A stretch of DNA of 64,000 bases, taken from contig MPMM01000014.1 of NCBI GenBank assembly GCA_002238505.1, positions 19,845 to 83,844 on the forward strand. Direction: 5' to 3'. Positions 59,173 through 64,000 of this stretch are shown piece after piece; the first letter of the stretch is position 1, and every line of letters starts with the position of its first letter. The notes beneath the pieces are model-generated. The model was not told the origin of the DNA. It saw nothing but the letters and a program-made list of their open reading frames with translations, and made no database searches. This DNA is from SAR202 cluster bacterium bin22 (GTDB lineage: Bacteria; Chloroflexota; Dehalococcoidia; Lucifugimonadales; UBA3495). Made by a program: the position numbers and the translations under genes.

Positions 59173-59652
59173 GGCCCTAGATGAACGCCGTGGACCGCCA
59201 CCCGGTCCCGGTAGTATTCCGGACAATGCTTCAGGCTACCAGGCTGAGCTGGGCCGCTGCCACCACTGAAAGAATAGCAAGCAGAATGGCCATTGCAACG
59301 GTCCTTGGGAGCACAATTCAGGGGCTGAGCATGACCGCCAGTCGAATTGAGCCGCCCAACTGCAGACCGATTACAATGGTATGGTGAAGGGCGAGGCGCA
59401 AAAGGCCGGCCTGTCTTGCATCAGCCCGAATGCCGCTAACCCCGGGGCGCAAGTAGAGAGTCCCCACGGCGCCGGACGACAGAGACCGAAGCGGTCCGTG
59501 GAAAGACTTTCACCCAACGTCGGCACAGCAAAGATACGATATGACGGTAGCTGGACCTTGTTCTTCCTGCGGGCCAACTGCACCTGTCCCGCACTGTTTC
59601 CTCCAGCGCAAGACCATCACCTCCCGACGTAGAACGTTACTGACACTTTCAG

Positions 59653-60976
59653 TCAGACCAATAGTTGATGTTCATACTCTTCCAAGTATCTGCGCACCCT
59701 AGCAATTGAGGATGCCTCCCGGTCGGCGCCGATAAAGGCACAGCCCAGCTTCCGAGCAGCCAGGGCGGTACTGGCGCGGGACAGCATTAGTGGGTCGCAA
59801 AGGACCTGCCCGGGCCTGGCGAAACGCTGGGTTATCAGCTCCAGGCCAGCGTCGTTCCGCTGCCATGACCGAAGTTCCGGTGCGCCTTCCACGGAAAGGG
59901 GCACTTCAATGACGTCGTCTCCAGCGGGCATCCGAAAGCCTGGCTTACAGTAGACCAGAAGTGGCTTGCGCGGCATCTGAATTCGGTGCGGCGGACCGGA
60001 CCGATTTCCCGTGGCGTTGTCCCGATAGTCGAACTCGGACAGCCACTGGAGGCCTTCATGCTTAAGTCCCTCCAGGGTGTCTGGCAGCCGGTCAGCTCCA
60101 CTGATAACCACCAGTACGCCCTCGGGTCGCAGCGCGTGGCGGCAAAGGCGGCTAGGTCAGGCAGCAGGGGAAGGGATTCGGGTCCGTGGGGCGGATGAGT
60201 GATGATGGCGTCTACACTGGCGGGAGATACCAGTGCGTGGAGGTCGCCCAATCCGACCTGGTGCAGGGTGATCGCCTCATCGAGAGGTGTCGCCTGATCA
60301 ACTGCCAGAACCGCGTCATCCGCCTCTTTACGCCCCTCTTCGTTGAGCCGCCGAATGGCTGACGCCAGGCTTCTTGCCGTCCCGCTGGACACCAGTTCCA
60401 GGGCCCGATCCTGGACTTCCGTCGGCTGGGTCAGGGCATGCTTCGCATCGCTGATCTTGATGCGCCGTTCCCTGACCGCCCGCTGCAGGGCAACCGCGGC
60501 CGGCCACTCGGCCGACATTACCCTGCCGGCATCCCGCACCAGTGGGGGACTAACCGCCAGCCGTTCCGCGGCCTGCTGTTGGCTCAGACCATTAGGGGGT
60601 TTTGCCGAATGGTCTGGCTGGCTCCGGTATTCAGCGCTCCTGCGATCTCCGCCGGGCCTGGAGGCTTGGACAGTCCATGGGCGATCAACGCCCGCTGGGT
60701 AGCATCCAGGTGTCGTCAGGCAAGGTTCTTGGCGAGGATGTACTCAACAGGATCGGCCTCGGAGTCCAGGTGTATGTAAAGCGGAACCACGCCGACCGCG
60801 AGGCAGGCACGCTGGCGGTGGCGGCCGTCAATAACCTCGCCCCGCCAGACGGCGATTGGGTCCAGCAGGCCTTGCTCGCGGATGCTGGCCACCAGTTGCT
60901 GGTAGTCCTCGGGAGCCATCTCGGGAAAGAGCACGGCAAACTCACTGGTGGGGTATTCCCGCCTGGGTGTAGTCAT
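59653..60976 (-). pseudogene. ParB-domain / DNA methyltransferase fusion, disrupted by one in-frame stop and at least two frameshifts
   Basis: The ParB N-domain (60716-60976, IDGRHRQRA) ends in TGA where RRHL is expected, and the reading continues RHLDATQRALIA. The HTH GLSQQQAAERLAVS is in another frame. The methylase core DAIITHPPHG (59835-60539) and its C-terminal part (59653-60111) are in different frames. Confidence 0.75.
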
Positions 60977-61202
60977 CGGCTCCTCTCCTTCATCCAGGAA
61001 ACCTCGAGATTAGGTACACACCTTTACTCTAATTGATGGTGGCGGAAATCCCTTTTCCCTCCTTGTCCCCGGTGGACCGCCGCCGTCCTTTGACCGGCGG
61101 AAATGGTAGATTCGGGAATCAGGACAAATTGTGGCCTTTCTCAATGATGGAACAGACCTATGCCGAATCTTACGGGTTGGAATTTAGCCACTTCTTCATT
61201 GG

Positions 61203-61425
61203 TCACCGACAGAGTAAGTCTGGGGATTGTCCTTCGGCATCCTCAGGCTCGGCGCTTAGTTGCTGCAGGGAAGGGAAGAAGGTGGCCTGGCGCTTTTCCC
61301 TGAGACGGTAGCTTTCCCCCCGATTGTTAATCGCTTGGCTGTTCTGGAGCAGCCGGTCCAGGACGGCCCAAGCAATGACCGAAGGGCGGGCAATCGGCTC
61401 GCCAGCTCCTGGGCTACTATTGGAA
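61203..61425 (-). pseudogene. IS21-family IstB C-terminal fragment
   Basis: The minus-strand translation ...VIAWAVLDRLLQNSQAINNRGESYRLREKRQ matches the IstB C-terminus (AILDRLLHHS..I.GESYRLKEKR). No upstream AAA core is present. Confidence 0.65.
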
Positions 61426-61620
61426 CCTGACGTGCTGGGAGGCCACCGGTCTGGTTCTCACTCCCTTACCGGCGGTCATCAGCCTGACTGGCCCCAAATG
61501 CCGGTAGTCAGGAATTACCACGGTATCACCGTGTTCCATAGCCTCCCTGTTGCGGTGTTGCGGTGGCCATGGGACCTCTACGTTATCAAGCGGAAGATGG
61601 TCGAAGAACTGTCACCCGAC

Positions 61621-61822
61621 AGCGCCCCAGGCCTACAACGCTGCCGTGCACCGGTATTCCGGTGTACCAGTCCCGTTGAATTGCAACCCCACAGGCCTGT
61701 AGTTCCGCAGCGCCCCGACACTGGTGTATTACAGTGTTGTTGTGTTGCAAGACTGCAACTCTGCCGTGTGGCGGTGTCACGGTGTAACGGGCCCGTTAAA
61801 TTGCAACCCCACAGGCCTACGG
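61621..61822 (+). repeat. Two ~70-bp degenerate direct repeats rich in hairpins
   Basis: 61630-61700 versus 61750-61820 are about 80 percent identical. Both end in cccgttRaattgcaaccccacaggcct. Hairpins caccggtattccggtg and acactggtgtattacagtgt lie within or between them. Confidence 0.75.
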
Positions 61823-61829
61823 ACGGTGA

Positions 61830-62310
61830 TGGCAACTGGGTCCGATCCTGGCGGGCGTCCCTGGTGACTTATGGGAAGTCCCAGCATCAGGCGCAAGCCC
61901 TTATACGTGATGCGGTGGCATCCGTGGTGGCCTATGCTAAAGAAGCGGGCAAGCCCATCGTGCTGGAGAAGCTGGACTTCCGGACCAGGAAGGCCGCCCC
62001 GGAGGGGGAGTCTCCCCGCTACAACCGAATGCTCTCCAGCTTCAAATACAGCAATATAAGAGCCTGCTTCCTCTCCAGAGGCTGTAAGTATACCAGGTCA
62101 ACCCGGCCTTCAGTTCGGTCATTGGCCGGGTCAAGTTCATGGAGCGTTACGGGCTCAGTGTCCACCAGGCAGCGGCCCTGGTGCTGGCCCGACATTTGCT
62201 CGGCTGTTCCGAGCGCATCCCGCGCCGACGGGTCTGTCCTGTCGGCAATGGGGTCCAGGTCGCCTTCTCCGTACCTGTAAGGAAGCGGGTGAAGCACGTG
62301 TGGGCGTGCT
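61830..62310 (+). pseudogene. TnpB/OrfB-like (RuvC-II region onward) remnant with frameshift and stop
   Basis: ...AYAKEAGKPIVLEKLDF...RYNRMLSSFKYS (frame of ORF 61324-62280), then VYQVNPAFSSVIGRVKFMERYGLSVHQAAALVLARHLLG in another frame. No N-terminal half is present. Confidence 0.4.
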
Positions 62311-62621
62311 GAGGAGGGGTTCTGGGACAGCTGGGACCGGCGCTTACAGCGCAGCACCGGCTGGGAAAGCGGCGACGCAGACCCAATCCGGTTCAGGCTG
62401 TCCGGCGGGCCGAGGTTCGCGGGGTGGCTTGAACGGGGACCAGTTCGGTGTTCCCGGGTGAGAGTCACGGGCGGAACCGTCTTGTACTGTTGGGGCGGCG
62501 GCGCGGCTCAGACCGCGTCTTGAAAACTGTCTGACGTAAGTCCCGCTACTAAAATCAACTTTTTTTGCAACGGCTTGTAACTGCACGGCGAATAGCATGG
62601 TACCACGATAGGCGCCTGACA

Positions 62622-62849
62622 TCAGAAGCAACAGTCCGACAGGCGCGTCACCCCCGTCGCGTCCATGGCCTCTTGCAGGGTCCGGAACTCGCGGCTCCAC
62701 TCGGCTGTTTGGGCTTCAACATGCGGCCTCCGGTAGTGTCGACAGGAAGTCCTGTGGATTTTGCTGTCGTGGGCAAAGACCCTTTCGTTATAGACTACGA
62801 ACCCGGTTCCCCCAGGTGTTGGAGCAGGCGAGGGAGATTGCGAGAACAT
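62622..62849 (-). CDS. Hypothetical 75-aa Cys-containing protein
   Basis: ATG at 62847-62849, after gaggtg. GFVVYNERVFAHDSKIHRTSCRHY...LSDCCF gives a C...CC pattern suggestive of metal binding. Confidence 0.4.
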   Translation of the reverse strand: MFSQSPSPAPTPGGTGFVVYNERVFAHDSKIHRTSCRHYRRPHVEAQTAEWSREFRTLQEAMDATGVTRLSDCCF

Positions 62850-63121
62850 TGTGATCACCTCACGGCTGCCTGCGGTCATTCCGGCCAGGGTTAGGGCGGA
62901 CGAGTTCATAGTCCGCCCGGGACCGGGTTCTTCGCTCTTGGCCAGGCTCTTGGCGGTCGATCGCCCACAATCCTTCAGAGCTTCAAACCACAGGCGCCGT
63001 ATTGCAGAGAAGCCACTTGCCCGGCTCACATCTCGGTATAGGTGGTATTGCTGGCCATAGAGGGTCAACCAGCGTTGAGGGAAACGAGGGCCCCGAGTCA
63101 ATTTACAGATTCGGCGGCGGA

Positions 63122-63487
63122 TTACGTCACCAGCACAAAAGCCAGGACAGCTACCAAGGCAACTCCCAGGATAAAGGCAGGAGCTCCAATGCGAAACAAC
63201 CTTTCTCGCGTTGTAGTTTGGGGGGCCACAATCAAAAAAATGTACTGCGCATTGGCAGTCCCCCGAACCCCGGCATGACCGTGATACCGAAGGCCAATTT
63301 CGTTGGTAAGAACATCGGAGTCCAGAACATCGCAACATCGGGAATATCGGTTTGGGCTGTCACCTGGGGCTTTGCGGCATATCTCGCCCACATCCAGTAC
63401 TATCTGCCCCTGTCCCTGGGAACGGGCGCGCCGGGTGATTTGCCGAACATACCTGGAAATGGCGGCTGTCTCACGGTCGGTCCACAT
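63122..63487 (-). CDS. Hypothetical protein with C-terminal TM anchor
   Basis: 121-aa ORF in a lower-GC region. C-terminal LFRIGAPAFILGVALVAVLAFVLV. No family recognised. Confidence 0.35.
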   Translation of the reverse strand: MWTDRETAAISRYVRQITRRARSQGQGQIVLDVGEICRKAPGDSPNRYSRCCDVLDSDVLTNEIGLRYHGHAGVRGTANAQYIFLIVAPQTTTRERLFRIGAPAFILGVALVAVLAFVLVT

Positions 63488-63812
63488 GCTCTACCTCCGC
63501 GGCCCGTACCCGTAAGACTGGATGGATCCCTTTTTGCAACTTACGCTCGCTCTCTGGCGCCACCAAGAAATGGCAAAACTCACCGTTCTCCCAACCTGAC
63601 CTTTTCTGACGGCACACGCCGATTGACTCCCCGACGCCTATAGCTTCCACATCCCAAAGGTGCACACGGTTCTTCACAGCACCGCAGGCTGGCGTTCTAT
63701 TGTACGAATCTTTAGCTGGCCAAGTCTTGCAAGCACCCACTTCAGTTTCCTGGCTATCAGGGCAAGCCTTGGCGCCAATGTGGATCTTGGCCGCCTCTGA
63801 TCTAGACTGCAT
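63471..63812 (-). CDS. Hypothetical Cys-rich protein
   Basis: 113-aa ORF overlapping the next gene by 17 nt. Lower GC. No family recognised. Confidence 0.3.
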   Translation of the reverse strand: MQSRSEAAKIHIGAKACPDSQETEVGACKTWPAKDSYNRTPACGAVKNRVHLWDVEAIGVGESIGVCRQKRSGWENGEFCHFLVAPESERKLQKGIHPVLRVRAAEVEHVDRP

Positions 63813-64000
63813 CCGCCTTTAAAAGGGAAGGTAATGCGTCGAAACGAGGAGCGCAGAGTTTCTGAAACCGTACTCCGCAAAAGCCTCCCCCGCGGACTAA
63901 TACACTATTGTAAAACCGTAGGTGTATGAGCCATGTGTTTTAGGCGACATAAACTGTAGCAGTATTGCGGCAAAAGCCATCTTCAACTTCGTAGAGTTGG

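Noticed and set aside
59231-59293. 20-aa hydrophobic peptide (MAILLAILSVVAAAQLSLVA) upstream of tnpB as a type I toxin
   Set aside because: No RBS, no antisense RNA evidence, very short. It lies just outside the inverted repeat of the IS. Pure speculation.
60700-60720. In-frame TGA in the ParB domain as a second selenocysteine site
   Set aside because: The position aligns with a conserved Arg (RRHL), not a Cys. The gene also carries frameshifts. A nonsense mutation is the simpler reading.
61621-61822. Possible mini-CRISPR or type V-like array next to a RuvC-like remnant
   Set aside because: There are only two degenerate ~70-bp units, far longer than CRISPR repeats. The neighbouring nuclease is a broken fragment. 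Kept as a finding about hairpin repeats, not as CRISPR.

Overview
High-GC bacterial chromosome segment. The lineage guess is Chloroflexota-like, based only on gene content and the repeat families, and is a weak inference. All protein calls come from motifs read in the ORF translations; no database search was possible.

The window contains the replication origin region: obg, then an AT-rich stretch with a DnaA-box cluster, then dnaA.

Housekeeping genes fill most of the first 30 kb and 41-55 kb:
- ptrB-like S9 peptidase, YgfZ-like protein, PPK2-Nudix pair
- rplS, priA, def, cca, secD, secF, crotonase, tmk
- Ycf45/SpoIIIAA-like R3H ATPase, pdxST, a NarL-type two-component pair
- MidA methyltransferase, two Yip1 paralogs, trmI, xth, a 2-hydroxyacid dehydrogenase

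Accessory material is interspersed:
1. Three type II toxin-antitoxin pairs: ParE-like, HigBA with an extended antitoxin, and VapBC.
2. A SelW/Rdx-like gene whose N-terminus carries an in-frame TGA inside a CxxU motif. The ORF track misses this.
3. A 6-gene phage head-tail block at 31.5-37.8 kb: prohead protease, HK97-type capsid, connector, two small neck/tail proteins and a large distal-tail-like protein. No terminase, portal, tape measure or integrase is present. It lies next to a beta-class DNA methyltransferase fused to an Mrr-like nuclease domain. The whole 31.4-41.1 kb segment is bracketed by inverted copies of a ~150-bp MITE-like repeat.
4. A likely horizontally acquired metal or corrinoid cluster at 46-52.6 kb: COG0523 GTPase, WD40 protein, CbiX-like/ferredoxin fusion and a type-8 ABC importer.
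5. A decayed mobile-element graveyard from ~55 kb to the window end. It holds an IS3 OrfA stub, VapBC, DUF2958, a solo TnpB element with 13-bp inverted ends and an apparent Asp-to-Asn change in the last RuvC motif, a multiply disrupted ParB-methyltransferase, an IstB stub, a TnpB-like remnant behind hairpin-rich tandem repeats, and several small unknown ORFs.

At least three short dispersed repeat families colonise the intergenic DNA. No rRNA, tRNA or CRISPR array was recognised.
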